From contig OX597814.1 of the NCBI GenBank assembly GCA_951406725.2, positions 92,938,001 to 93,002,000 on the forward strand: a stretch of DNA of 64,000 bases, written 5' to 3'. The DNA comes from Octopus vulgaris (Eukaryota). The notes beneath the pieces are model-generated. The model ran no database searches and was not told where the DNA came from. It worked only from the letters and a program-made list of their open reading frames with translations. The translations under genes and the position numbers were made by a program. The stretch's first letter is position 1. Every line of letters starts with the position of its first letter. Below, piece after piece: positions 1-13,435 of this stretch.

Positions 1-302
1 ATGGCTTCTGCTGCCTTGACATTGTCTCAATAGCTGATTCTAAGTCATCACCTGGAATAAAACGTGGAGCAACAGGTGCTGGAGATCTTGGAGTATATGA
101 AGGACCAGGAGACTTTGAACGCACTGGCAGAGGTGTTGCAGGTGCAGATGCCATGGGTGCAGCAGATTTGGAGCGAGGAGACCTCATATGAGGGGCCACT
201 GGAGCAGCAGTCCTTGACCGAGAATTTCTAGTTTCCAGTTGCCCCTCAGTAGTCATTGGTATGTCACGTTCCCTGTCAACTAAATGAACTGAGTTGGGTC
301 GA
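1..302 (-). CDS. ANLN: Anillin coding exon 5 (partial, Ser/Pro-rich; runs off window start)
   Basis: Poly-T tract plus TAG acceptor at 304-303, phase 2 matching exon 4, open frame RPNSVHLVDRERD...RSPRSKSAAP...TPRSPAP...QQKP. Confidence 0.85.
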
Positions 303-498
303 CTAAATAAGCAAAAAAAAAAAGAAAAAAAAAAGAAAAGAATCATTATGTCTGACACTTAAGACTTATATTTTTTCAAATATTTTTAACATATGTTGTT
401 TTGTAGCATTATTTTAATATTTTTAACATATGTAATTCTGTTTGCATGGTTTGAATATATCTGCAAATTCAGACACTTACATAAATTTTTAAAGAACT

Positions 499-3255
499 TG
501 TAGTGATCCGACAACGGCGCGCGCTCGCGCACCGCCCATTTGTATTTCGCACGTGTTGGTGCCTTTACCAAGGCACAGAAAGGAAGGCCCCTCTCGCGCA
601 TGCGCGAACCACCGGTAGCACGACCCTATTGCCTACGTAGCAGTTAGCAAGGCAAGGGGGTCGTAGAACGTTTGACCGCTAGCAGCAGCAGCCAATGACT
701 TGGGACAGCAGCGATTGAAGGGGACGGACGTATATTTTCTAGCTGTCCAGCTTTGATAGCAGTCGGCCGAATGCCTTTAACCAAATTGTTGCCGACCACA
801 TTCAACTTCCCTGTTCGACGCCATCTTGAATCCGTTTCTGTTTTGGGCGGCTGGACGATTGTAAATATTACAATCGATTAACTTTCAGCCTTGCGCGCCC
901 AGAATCAAGGACATCAGATAACACACTTATTGTTATTGTTTACCAAGAAAGAGAATAAAGTAGTTATATGTATATTTTACGTCTGCGTCTTGTTGTTTCT
1001 GACTAGTAGAATTCTGGATTATTAAAGCAACGGCTAGTGAGTGATTGCTTTGTGCACCCCAAAAGTGCACTAGGATATTCTCACTCACACTAAGTTCGTT
1101 TCACTGGTGACCCCGACGTGATTCTGGTCTAAAACCAGAGATCACTTATCAACAAAAAAATCCAGTTTTTCTGCGAAGTCGGAACACGATTTAACTCTAC
1201 GCATTCATCTTACGACGATTTGTTTCCGGCCACCACAAACAGTTGTAGAAGGAGCCCCTTTTCTTATTCTACAGCCATGATGACGAACGCCATCAATTCA
1301 TCGATGCTTTTTCTCTGCCTTCGTCATCACCATCGTCGTCTGTCTACTTCACGGCGTCGCTATCTTCGTCGCCATCATCACTAAGAACGATGTTGTCCCA
1401 AGTCCACTACAGTCGCCTTCCACCACCAATGTCGCCTTTCAACACCGTCGACCTCCACCAAGATGTACATAGCAACTCGTGGAAGTTTGGTCCACTTGCC
1501 GTTTGTGCATTAGCACACCAAGAATTCACAGCCCAGCACTATCTACGAGATTTCTTCTGTTCCAGTTAACCTGTCACAGCATTGAAGCCACAACCGCTAC
1601 ACGATATGTGTTCAACCGGCATCTGCATTTTGTGATTTCAACATTTCTGTTACAGAACGAACTGCTATTGTACATCAGGCTATTATAGACTGGTAAACTA
1701 ATTCCATTGTCTGGAATAGCCCGAGAGACATTTTTTCTAAGCGCTGTATTTTTTGTATTTTGCTCGCATTCACCTTGTATGTATTTCTGTCGCACACACG
1801 TACACACACATAAATGCTCTCTCTCTCACATACATACGTCACACATGCTTTTCTCGCTTGTTTGTTCCATGCTAAATTTGCCTTTTGTGGACACCCCTCA
1901 TTTCTATAGACCCTAGGTCGGTCACGTATACATAGAGAGGGTTGTTTGTCCATTATAACGCGCCAGCATGTCATACCTTTGTTCCTGTACGAACGAGGCA
2001 TATAATCGCTCAACCACTGGCATATTCATTGCTGTTTTTCGGTCTGGCAAGCACTGTTGCATTTCATGCGCCTATTGCTTCGCACGTGTACTTGCCTTGT
2101 TTTTGCAACACGTTTTGCGTTAGCTTGATTTCTTTTCCCGACTCATGTCGGATGTTCATTTGCGCTGCGCCATGTTTAGGCGTAATTATTTTTCCGTTAG
2201 ACCCTTGTTGGTCACGTAAATTAACAGAAAATTATCTGTGTCGCGCATCACACCAGCATGTTTGCACTTTTGCCTTTTGTGTTACTAGCGATCTTCTGTC
2301 ACTTCCATTTCCTCTCCTGCAGCAATTGATTTAACTGCTATTTTGCAGGATCAACTACCTTTAGAGAAGTTGGATTTTAATTTCGCCTAGGTACATTAAC
2401 TGTGAGTTTTGCTTTTCCCTCCGCTCCTTTCAGCGGAAGGGTTTATACTTTTGTGACGTATACACTTTCATGCATGCACTCTTGATTTTTGCTCATTGAG
2501 TATTTTTTCTCTTTTTCCTTTAGTAAATTTCTTGTGTATGTTATAAATTTTGCCATTATATTATTGTGTGCTATTTGGTTATCTGGTGTCCACCTTGAGT
2601 TTTGCAGTCACTACAATAAGTTTCCTTTCGTGCGTACGCACTGGAGGGGAGCCTGTAGTGATCCGACAACGGCGCGCGCTTGCGCACCGCCCATTTGTAT
2701 TTCGCGCGTGTTGGTGCCTTTACCAAGGCACAGAAAGGAAGGCCCCTCTCGCGCATGCGCGAACCACCGGTAGCACGACCCTATTGCCTACGTAGCAGTT
2801 AGCGAGGCAAGGGGGTCGTAGAACGTTTGACCGCTAGCAGCAGCAGCCAATGACTTGGGACAGCAGCGATTGAAGGGGACGGACGTATATTTTCTAGCTG
2901 TCCAGCTTTGATAGCAGTCGGCCGAATGCCTTTAACCAAATTGTTGCCGACCACATTCAACTTCCCTGTTCGACGCCATCTTGAATCCGTTTCTGTTTTG
3001 GGCGGCTGGACGATTGTAAATATTACAATCGATTAACTTTCAGCCTTGCGCGCCCAGAATCAAGGACATCAGATAACACACTTATTGTTATTGTTTACCA
3101 AGAAAGAGAATAAAGTAGTTATATGTATATTTTACGTCTGCGTCTTGTTTCTGACTAGTAGAATTCTGGATTATTAAAGCAACGGCTAGTGAGTGATTGC
3201 TTTGTGCACCCCAAAAGTGCACTAGGATATTCTCACTCACACTAAGTTCGTTTCA
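499..3255 (+). mobile_element. Young non-autonomous LTR retrotransposon (Gypsy-type, LARD/TRIM-like) in anillin intron 4
   Basis: LTRs 499-1103 and 2654-3255 (TG...CA; 3 substitutions and one 3-bp indel); AACT TSD (495-498, 3256-3259); PBS TGGTGACCCCGACGTGATT at 1105-1123 complementary to the tRNA-Trp 3' end; PPT GGAGGGGAG at 2643-2651; no gag/pol ORF inside. Confidence 0.95.
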
Positions 3256-4765
3256 AACTTTTCTGAACAGAGATATACAGTAATACCCTTGTAGGAGCTA
3301 AACTACTCAGTTGTGAAATGAAGACGAAAACTTCAAGAGTCAATCATGAATCATGTCAATTTCTCATTCAATCAAATACAGTTTTTGTCAAACAGCTATG
3401 TTCAATGAAGAGTTGAAGTTACAAAGCAGAGTGCATAAAGATTAATCTCTTCATCTATGTAATTACTTATTATCAGTGTTTGAACATGTTAAATGAATAT
3501 ATCTAGACAGTTTGGTTGGGATCCCATCTCACATAATTCTTACTAAGTTTAGCTGCCACTCTTTATCTAAGCCAAGGAAAGTCTTATCCTACTTCAGACT
3601 ACTACTGCAGGTTCCCTTCCTCTTTCACTCTGCCTCAATACTATGAAATCTCTTAGCAGCAGCATGGAGAGATGTGGCTCTTCAGCCATAGTGAGTGACC
3701 TGCCTAGAAAGTAAGACACTGAACAAACTCAACAGCATGTGAATTAAGAGTGGCTCATATTGCATGGAGAAGACATGGACTTTGCAAGCTGCAGTGGAAC
3801 ACCACATCTTGTACATTAATAACTTTCAATAATAATTGATACAATGTAGGAGAAATTGTTGCTGGACACCTTTCTGGTGCCAGTAGCATGATAAAATTCC
3901 GATTGTGGACACAATGACTTCTACTATGGTCTTGAGTTGAACAAGCCTAGTGCATGAAATTTGGTGGACAGAAACTAGCTTGTCATATTTGTATGTATGT
4001 GAACTTGTGTGCATAACCTCATCTTGATATGTGTAGATTAATTGCAATCAAAACTAACCTTCATACAAAAGGTGTAATATGTTCACAATCTTCTGTGGAA
4101 GCACTCCCCAACACTTGTTCTTCATGTTTGCTCCTCATCTATTCCCCATTTTTAACTATCCTTCGCTCTGTTCACACACTTGTAACTTCTACCCACTCTC
4201 AGTCCCTGTTCTATGCCCACTCCTCTTCATCTTATATCTTTAGGGTCTACCCTGACACTAACACTTTTATCTCTCTCTCTCTAGCTCCATTCTGGTTACT
4301 TCCACCCATTCTTCCATAATGTGAGATGCCATGTAGCTCCCAATTTCTCATCTCCTAACATGAAGTTGCCTTTCTTAATTGTAGCCTCACTCAGTCAAGA
4401 GATCTTAGTCTTGAGAGCGCCACAGCAAACTCACTAGTACCAATGTCACATAAAAAGAAATATCTAGTATACTCTGTAAAGTGGTTAGCATTAAAAAGGG
4501 CATCAATCTGTAGAAACCATGTCAAAGCAGACACTGGAATATGACAGTCCTTGGACCTACTGCATCCGCTCAAACTGTCCAATTCATGCCAATATAGAAG
4601 ATGGACATTAAAAGACAATGATAGTGATGAGGCTAATGTACTGATTTCAAGATCAAACAATACTTCAGGAATTGTCTTAGGTCTTAAAATTAATCGCATT
4701 ATTCTGCTTTCCATAGTAATACTACTACTAGCTGGAAAATGCATATAATATTCATAATACAGTTG

Positions 4766-5135
4766 AACAGGTGTGGCTGTGTGATAAGAAGCTTGCTTCC
4801 CAACCACATGGTTCTGGGTTCAGTCCCACTGCATGGTACCTTGAGCAAGTGTCTTCTACTATAGCCTCAGGCTGATCAAAGTCTTGAGAGTGGATTTGGT
4901 AGACAGAACTGAAAGAAGCCCATCATATATATATATACATATATCTGTGTGTATCTGTCCCCACCCACCATCACTTGACAACGGGTGTTGGTAGGCGTGT
5001 GTCTCCATAACTAAGCAGTTCAGCAAAAGAGACCAATAGAAGAATGTACCAGGCTTAAAAAATAAGTATTGGGGTTGATCCATTCATGCGGTACCCCAGC
5101 ATGGCTGCAGTCTAATGACTGAAACAAGTAGAAGT
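4766..5135 (+). mobile_element. tRNA-derived SINE family A (internal microsatellite)
   Basis: Head TGGCTGTGTG...GGTTCAGTCCCACTG, CCTTGAGCAAGTGTCTT core, (TA)n centre, tail GACTGAAACAAGTA. Many copies in the window. Confidence 0.85.
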
Positions 5136-5295
5136 AACATCACCAAATTGCAGTCTTGCACAGATCCAGGTTCCAAAGTCATTTAAAATGAATATTGAAA
5201 ATATTGCTTTAAAAATTCATGCTAGCACGGAAAACCAATGTTAAATGATGATGATATTTAAGCAGGAACTTTAATAAGTGAGAAGTTGAACTCAC

Positions 5296-5464
5296 CCAAC
5301 TGTTTCATGTTTTGAATAGTCATCATCCCAAGCATTAATACGCTGAGCTAGTTTAGCCAGACGAGAGCGACACTGTGGCTTGAATACTTCTTCATTTGGA
5401 TCTCTATTTTCTTCTTGGCAAAGAGACTTTCGCGGTACTGGGACTGGTACATAATCACCATCAT
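5296..5464 (-). CDS. ANLN: Anillin coding exon 4 (...RSRLAKLAQRINAWDDD...)
   Basis: TAG acceptor, GTGAGT donor, 169 nt (phase 1 to 2). RSRLAKLAQRINAWDDD matches the anillin motif RGRLANLAATICSWEDD. Confidence 0.92.
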
Positions 5465-5742
5465 CTAAAAGTAAAACAGAGATGAAGAGTTATAAAGAAT
5501 CAACACTGCCGTCAACGTAATTCTTTCCTTCTCTGTACGTTGCCTTTTCCTGATAGGTCAAACAAATGGCAAGAATGCATAAGAGACAACTCTGCTTGAT
5601 AAGGCAAACTTATTTGTCTGCAACACCAAAAATTTAATTGGGGAAAGTAATGGAAGAAAATTGGGAAGCATATTATCTAAATCCCATGCCAGCATAGAAA
5701 ATGGATGATAATTACAAACACCAAATAAGTTTAAAAACTCAC

Positions 5743-5859
5743 CAGAACTAAGACAAAGAGTAGTCAAGTCATTTCTCCGCGACTGTACACCACGTATAGC
5801 CGGGGTATCTGGTTTTATATTTTGTTCTGCTGATCGGAGACACTGACGTTTAGGAGAAT
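5743..5859 (-). CDS. ANLN: Anillin coding exon 3 (DSPKRQCLRSAE...GVQSRRNDL...)
   Basis: AAG acceptor after a pyrimidine tract, GTGAGT donor, 117 nt (phase 1 to 1), open frame. SPKRQC resembles human SPSKKRC. Confidence 0.85.
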
Positions 5860-5933
5860 CTTTAATAAATATGAAGAAAAATTAGAAAAAGTGCATTCCT
5901 GCACACTTTATAATGAAGTGAAAATTAGATTAA

Positions 5934-6154
5934 CCCTTTAGTGTTCAGATTACTCTGTTAAATGCAATATTTTTTTACTCAAATTGTTTTTAATTAATCC
6001 TGCATTATCTTATAGCTTTTGAGGTTTCAATGATGTGATTATTTATTTTTAGAATGTCAATGTAGGTTAGGTGTGAGAGGCCAGATATCGCCAGTTTGAA
6101 TATAAAACATGTAGAATATTTGGGCCGGATATGGCCGGTTTAAACACTAAAGGG
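5934..6154. mobile_element. piggyBac-type MITE
   Basis: TTAA|CCCTTTAGTGTT...AACACTAAAGGG|TTAA: TIRs with a TTAA duplication. Confidence 0.85.
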
Positions 6155-6332
6155 TTAAAAAAAGAAAATAATTATGATTATCAAATAGATTACCCCAACA
6201 TACCCAGCTTAACTCTTAATACTAATCTGTCTCAGACTGCTCCTACTTAAGTGTTCATATTTGAAGAAAAATATTAAAATCTTATAACATAAAAGATATA
6301 CGATTTCAGTTGCTAGCTGACTGCCTTATATC

Positions 6333-6700
6333 TTTTTACTTGTTTCAGTAATTTGAATGTGGCCATGCTGGAGCACCGCCTTTAGTCAAGCAAATTGACT
6401 GCAGGACTTTCTCTTTGTAAGCCTAGTACTTATTGCATCGGTCTCCTTTGCTGAATCGCTAAATTACAGGGACGTAAACACACCAGCATCGGTTGTCAAG
6501 CAATGTTGTGGGTGACAAACACATACATATATATATATATATACAACCGGCTTCTTTTCAGTTTCTGCCTACCAAATCCACTCACAAGGCTTTGGTCGGC
6601 CAGAGGCTATAGTAGAAGACACTTGCCAAAGGTGCCATGCAGTGGGACTGAACCCAAGACCATGTGGTTGGTAAGCAAGCTACTTACCACACAGCCACTC
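6333..6700 (-). mobile_element. SINE family A
   Basis: Reverse-complement match to the family A head, core and tail. Confidence 0.85.
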
Positions 6701-7805
6701 TTTATCTTTCACTTGTTTCAGTCACTGGACTACCACTCTAATTTGGAATCTGGGCATAAAACTTTAATCACTGTGAGAGAAGATACGGTTACTTATGCCA
6801 AATTTATTAATTCATATGATGCCATTTTGTGTTATACTTCTGGTAATTTCCATTAGTTTCTTTGCTCTGATGTCAAATATATTTTAAACCACAAACTACT
6901 ACAGCTATATTTGTACATCATTTCAAAAATGATTGGCAAAAGGCTATAGTAAAACTCATCCAGCAGCTTCTCTTCGGTTCATCATGTCACTCCCACTCCC
7001 TTTTTAAAGTCTTAAATGGAGAGGAGGATCATTATGAAGTGATATACTCTAAATATGTTTTAGCAGCCAAAATTGATATAAAAATCATTCCCAATAATAT
7101 TGATTTTCTTTTTTTATCTTAGCTCAAAGCCCCAATTTTAAATTGAGGACAAAATGTTACTGAAAACAACTAAGTATGAGCCAGATACTTCATTTATTTT
7201 GTACACCCCACCCAGGAGATAAAAAAAAAAAACCAAACTTCATAGGATTTGAACTCAGTATTCTGAATGACAGATGTACTTATTGAAAGACAACTGCATT
7301 TCTTCCATCCCATTAATCATTTAACACTAAAATTATATATAACAAAGTAATGTAGGCGCGGGCATGGCTGTGTGGTTAGGGAGCTTGCTTCCTAACTACA
7401 TGGTTTCGGGTTCAGTTCCACTGCGTGACACTTTGGGTAGGTGTCTTCCGCTATAGCCCTGAGCCAACCGGAGCTTTCTGATTGAATTCGGTAGGCGCGA
7501 GTTACTGCCGTGTGTGTATGTGTGCGTATAGCTGCTCAGTGCTTCTCCGAAAGAGAGAGAGGGGAATGCCAAGTAGAGTTCAATATAATAAAATCTCTTA
7601 AACCAATCTGAATGAAAATGTTTAACTGACATAATTACAATATTTGGTAAACCAAACGACAGTGATGGTAGTGGTAGTTGGGGCAGTTAGAAAACTTATT
7701 AAACTCTTAAAACAAAAGAAAAGATATTTCAAATCTTAAAGAGATTGGAATATTAAAACTTTCTTTTTTTTACAATTGACCAAAGCAATTATTATAACTG
7801 CTTAC

Positions 7806-7935
7806 CATCATCTTGAACTGTTTCTATATTAGCTGACATGTCTTCAGATAAAGGTCTCCGTCTACTGTATGTTCCATCTGTCTCACTCATCATTTTCAGC
7901 CTCTCTCTTCGTTCTTTAGTCCTCTCAATGATTTT
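7806..7935 (-). CDS. ANLN: Anillin coding exon 2 (KIIERTKERRERLKMMSE...RRRPLSED...QDD)
   Basis: CAG acceptor, GTAAG donor, 130 nt (phase 0 to 1). KIIERTKERRERL and RRPLSE match the conserved anillin N-terminal segment. Confidence 0.92.
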
Positions 7936-8315
7936 CTGATATTTAAAAATGACAGAAAAAAAAAAAAAAACCCCACTAAGTTATCAGACAATTAAAAGGC
8001 ATGTAGTTAATTTATGTAAGATTACTTAATTTCATTCAAACCACAAACTCAATCTAACAACATTTCCAGTCCACTTTCTTGGTTTGATAAAATGAATCCT
8101 CCTTAGGATAAACCTTACATGACCTTATCAAAACAATGTTCAAGGTTAGTAATAATAAAACTAAAAACAAAAAAGTTTTAAAAATTTCCATTCATAATGA
8201 TGACAATAGGTTGGACATGGACAAAATCAAAATTATTGAAAACTTAATATAGATATTAATGAATATAAATATTAATGTTTTTGAATTTGATGTGATTATT
8301 TAACAGCTGTCTTAA

Positions 8316-8536
8316 CCCTTTCAATACCAACCTGGCTGAAACCGCCTCTGGGTCTCTAATACAAATGTCTTGTTTTCATAAGTTTTGAATTAAAATCTTC
8401 CACCAAGCCTTAGTCACAATTTATGTTCCTAACACTAGCTGAATGATAACTAAGTTATTTTACTAAATTCTTTGTTATATTTAAAGTAATTGAAAGAAAC
8501 ACAGAGCATCTCAAAATAAATACAGTAACGAAAGGG
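8316..8536. mobile_element. piggyBac-type MITE
   Basis: TTAA|CCCTTTC...GAAAGGG|TTAA. Confidence 0.8.
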
Positions 8537-8848
8537 TTAAATACTAGCATTTAGCAGCTATTTTATTGTTCAGCATATTTCCTTGTGAATCAATGAAACA
8601 CATGTCTGTTTATAATCTTGTACTCTCATTTTTCCTCTAGTTTCTTAGTGACTTCATCTCTGACAAATGTCAATTCACTTTCTCCAGCAGTAAAACATAA
8701 GGAAATCTATATGAGATTAGGTTTTCTTCCTTTTATCATTTTCCTATCACCCTACAGTTGGATGACATCACAAATCACTTCAAGCAGCAAAAAGTTTAAA
8801 AATCTCTTTAGAGCTTACCCAATCTATAAGAGTTAGCATAGATTAGTT

Positions 8849-9135
8849 GTGGAGGCACATGGCCTAGTGGTTAGAGCAGTGGAATCGTGGTCGAGGGATC
8901 ACGGGTTCGAATCTCAGACCAGACGATCTGTGTGTTTATGAGTGAAAACACCTAAGCTCCACGCAGTTCCGACAGAAGGTAATAGCAAAACTTCTGCCAC
9001 AACTTTCTCTCACTCTTTCCTCCTGCATCTTGCAGCTCACCTGCGATGGACCGTCGTCCCGTCCAGGTGGGGAAACTATATGCCAAGAAACCGGCCCTTA
9101 TGAGCCAGGCATGGCTCGAGAAGGAACAAACAACA
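8849..9135 (+). mobile_element. tRNA-derived SINE family C (GTGGAGGC...TGGCCTAGTGGTTAG head)
   Basis: A box TGGCCTAGTGG, B box GGTTCGAATC; head shared with the copies at 34778, 20295 and 41508. Confidence 0.8.
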
Positions 9136-10046
9136 AAGATTAGTTGGTTAAATAGCAAACTATAAAGAGAAAAAAAAACTACTTCAGACTCCGTTTGAAA
9201 TGAAGGTTTCTTCTTTTTATTTCATATCAATTTTTGGAATGACACCTGGTACCACAACAGTGTAGTTATCCAAAGTAAAATTTCTAGAAGTTATTGCTTT
9301 ATATCATTTAACATCCACTCTTCCAAGCTAGCATAAGTCAGACGGAATTTGTTGAGGCAGATTTTCTACGACCTATTACCAACACTTAATGCTGCCCAAG
9401 CAAAGTAAAATTTCCAGATGTTTTCCACAGAAGACTGGAAACAAACACTGCTTGTCTACAACAGTCACATTATGTCAAGACAAGGGATTCACACAAACAC
9501 ATATTGAATCTTCTTTCAGTTTCCATCAACAAAATCCAAATCCACTCAACAAGGCTTTGGTTGGTCCAGAGATATAGCAGAAGACACTTGCCAAAGGTGC
9601 TGAGCAGTAGGACTGAACCCAAGATCATATGGTTGCAAAGTAAGCTTCTTAACCACACACCCATTAAAACTTGACAGTACTGGTTCTAGTTAATAATCTG
9701 TATTAATGGAAAGAGTGAGAGTAAAGACAAAACTAGTTGAATTCAACTTTGATCACAATGAGAAGCAGCTAAACACCTTGAAGCATTTGTCTGACAATCT
9801 GCTGCTTGTGCCATGTCAGAATGGATAATGAATTTACATTTTAAGTTGAATATCAAGTCCAGCAAGCATCTTTCATATTAGCCAATGAGAAGTTCTACCA
9901 AGTTACTTAACCAATTCAATTCTTTAGCAAGATCAACAAAATTCTCATTTTCATGAGGTCTGTAGATTTAGCAGCCCCAAATTTTATGACAACACACACA
10001 CACACAATAAATGCAAATTAACCAACACTGTATGCATATGTGTATG

Positions 10047-10096
<50 letters not shown>

Positions 10097-10097
<1 letters not shown>

Positions 10098-10423
10098 GAG
10101 GAAACCCCCTTCAGTCATGAAGGACCATGGGATTACACTTAGAAAGTTATCCTCCAAGGCACAAGTCCAGGTAAGGTTATTTGTAGAAGGCCAGCAGTCG
10201 CCCCTGCATACCATCCTCCCCTCTCCACTCTACTGATGTTATCCAAGAGAAAGGCAAAGCTTGGCACCAGTGATGCCGCAACTCATTTCTACAGCCAAGT
10301 TAACTGGAGCAATGTGAAATAAAAGTGTCTTGCCCAAGAACATGACACGCAGCCCAGTCCGGGAATAGAACTCACAACCTCACGATCATAAGCTCAACAC
10401 TAACCACTGAAACATGCACCTTC
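10097..10423 (-). mobile_element. tRNA-derived SINE family D
   Basis: Near-identical to 11125-11449: head GAAGGYGCATG...CAGTGGTTAG, body CAAGACACTTTTATTTCAC. Confidence 0.75.
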
Positions 10424-10435
10424 ATACACACACAA

Positions 10436-10515
<80 letters not shown>

Positions 10516-11124
10516 ATAAGAGAGAGATAGATCTGAACTATGGTCCTGATCAAGAAAGCTGACCAAATTTAGGTTTCATATCAATAAATTTATTAAATTT
10601 GCTCTCTAAACAAATTTTTAGAATTTTCCAGTTTTCTCAATGCTAAGTAACCTTATTTAATATTAAATAACTTTAGCTTATGAGCAATAATTTCTTTGGT
10701 TTAAGATGCCACTGAATTAAAAATGTATTAACTTTACTGGCGTGACTACATAATCAGAATGATGTGTGCTTGCAAACCATTCTGAAATCAAGATGATAAT
10801 GCTTAAATTAAAGAAGTTACAAATGAATGTACAAAGATAACATAATGGTGCCTAATGCTTCAATAAACTTCAGACTAACAACATTGCTTAGTAGCTAGAA
10901 TATAAGAATTTCAGTTAAAACTGCACTCATGAAGTCAAACTTATCCTAGATAACACTATTTTTAAAATACATTGATAAGGACAGTTTATTTCAGTACATT
11001 TAGCATTAAGGTTCATGGTTGGGTAATAAACTGCAGGGAGAACACCCAGTTGTAAAATTAAATCATCTGACAAAAACCATTCTTCTTCTAAAAAAAAAAA
11101 AAAACATGTAATATATATATTCTG

Positions 11125-11449
11125 AGACCCCCTTCGGTCACAACATAGACCATAGGATTGCACCTAGAAAGTTACCCTCCCAGGCAAGGTTGTTTATGGA
11201 AGACCAGCAGTCGCCCATGCATACCAGCTTCCCCTCTCCATGCCACTAGTGTTATCCAAGAGAAAGGCAACGGCTGATACAACTTGGCACCTGTGACATC
11301 GCAGCTCATTTCTACAGCTGAGTGAACTGGAGCAACGTGAAATAAAAAGTGTCTTGCTCAAGAACACAACACACAGCCCGGTCCGGGATTTGAGCTCACA
11401 ACCTCACGATTGTAAGCTTGACGCTCTAACCACTGAGCCATGCGCCTTC
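11125..11449 (-). mobile_element. tRNA-derived SINE family D
   Basis: A box TGGCTCAGTGG and a B-box-like motif; paralog of 10097-10423 and 51340-51485. Confidence 0.75.
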
Positions 11450-11934
11450 GCAATATATGTATATATATATATATATGCACTCTCTTATTCTTCAAGTGGT
11501 TTCTGACAATCCACCATAGTAGATTATGATCAACTCCAGTACATTAGTGGCACTTATTTTCTTGGCCTCAGATGGATGAAAGGCAAAAATCAACTTGGAA
11601 CATAAATGTAACTAAATTTAGTAAAGTATTTTGTTTCAAGTGCTGATTCTGCCATACACAATGAAACAATATTTGAAACATTTATAATGGCTAACAAAGA
11701 ATGTAGATTTCAAAATTATAGGAAATGGGATTAATAAAAGATTACAGTAAAGTTTGCATGTGTGTAACTGGCCAGTTTTAACAGCTAATGAGATCACAGG
11801 TGAAGGGCAAGGGCCTGAAGTGTTACATTATTCACTCCCCATGGAAATGGAACTTAAACTATAAACTAATGGTTGCAAACATGTACAAGCAAATTCCAGT
11901 CTTCACTTAATACTATGTGTTAGGCATCAAAGAA

Positions 11935-12715
11935 CATCATCATTTAACATATGTTGTCCATGCTGGCATGGGTTGGATGGTTTGACCAGGGATGGTAAGC
12001 TGGAAGACTGCATCAGACTCCAGATTGATTCGTAATGGTTTTCTATGGCTGGATGCCCTTCCTAACACCAACCACTCAGAGTATAATGGGTGCTTTTATG
12101 TACCACCAGCACAGGTGCCATTTGAACGACACCAGTATCTGCCATGACTGTTATGAGGGTTCACTCAAGTAAAATAAGAATCAAAGGGGTCCATAGGTAA
12201 AAAAAAATGGTTAAGAACTACTGATGATGTTATATAGGCTCAGTCCCACTGAATAGCACCAGCACCTAATCAGAAGTGATGTTTAGTATACAGGTGGTAG
12301 TACTGTGAAGTAGAAAGCTGGTGGCAAAATGCGAGTTGAGTACACAATATAATTGCTCATCAGATGTGCTTTGTACTTTCTTGCTTAGAACAGTGCTTCT
12401 GATTTCTTTTAATTACTAGAAATTTGTTGTCTTGGAGATTGTTGCCAGTGCTGCTGGACTGGCTCATGTGCAGGTGGCACATAAAAAACACCATTTGAGT
12501 GTGGCCGTCGCCAGTACCGCCTGACTGGCCCTCATGTCGGTGGCACATAAAAGCACCCACTACACTCTTGGAGTGGTTGGCGTTAAGAAGGGTATCCAGC
12601 TGTAGAAACTCTGCCAGATCAGATTGGAGCCTGGTGCAGCCATCTGGCTCGCCAGTCCTCAGTCAAACCGTCCAACTCATGCCAGCATGGAAAGTAGATG
12701 TTAAACGATGATGTG
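11935..12715. mobile_element. Two opposite-orientation copies of a SINE/LINE-tail repeat (GGCGTTAGGAAGGGCATCCAGC; CATGCCAGCATGG; (GAT)n tail)
   Basis: 11935-12130 (minus) and 12440-12715 (plus) share the motifs; related fragments at about 4480-4630 and 9305-9390. Confidence 0.65.
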
Positions 12716-13009
12716 TGTTTGTATAGAAACAGATGTGGTAAGCCTTACCCAAGAATTACTTGAAATTAAACTTTGTTCTTCCTCCATTTTAATATTCACT
12801 GAATGATATTCACTATGATAGTGAAATTAAGTCATAATGTGATCAACTGTTAATCCAACTTTTGAATAAAACAGACTATTTGTACTAAGTTCTCTGTAAC
12901 TTAAAATTTACATTATATATATATATATATATATATATATAGCAGAAAAAACCCAGAGTGACTCAAGGGCCTAGAGTTTCGTATCCTTTAATCACTTGCT
13001 TCTGCTAAT

Positions 13010-13435
13010 GATTTCAAATTTTTGCCTCAAGGGCAGCTTATGGGAGGGGATTAAGTCAATTACATCGACACCAGTACGTAACTGGTACTTATTTAATCGA
13101 CCCCGAAAGGATGAAAGACAAAGTCAACCTCGGCGGAATTTGAACTCAGAACATAGCGACGGACGAAATACCTATTTCTTTACTACCCACAAGGGGAACA
13201 CAGAGGAGACAAACAGGGACAGATTAAACGGATTAAGTCGATTAGATCGACCCCGGCGCGTAATTGGTACTTAATTTATCGACCCCGGCGCGTAACTGGT
13301 ACTTAATTTATCGACTCCGAAAGGATGAAAGGCAAAGTCGACCTCAGCGGAATTTGAACTCAGAACGTAACGGCAGACGAAATACGGCTACGCATTTCGC
13401 CCGGCGTGCTAACGTTTCTGCCAGCTCGCCGCCTT
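13010..13435 (-). mobile_element. Meta-domain SINE (family B) dimer
   Basis: Central GTCGACTTTGCCTTTCATCCTTTCGGGGTCGATAAA resembles the MetaSINE domain. One head and two bodies joined at 13171/13172. Confidence 0.8.

Noticed and set aside
4391-4807. 138-aa ORF ending VALSRLRSLD, resembling a PIF1/Helitron helicase motif
   Set aside because: Much of the ORF overlaps SINE-derived repeats (the 11935-12715 family and a family A head), and no other helicase motifs are present.
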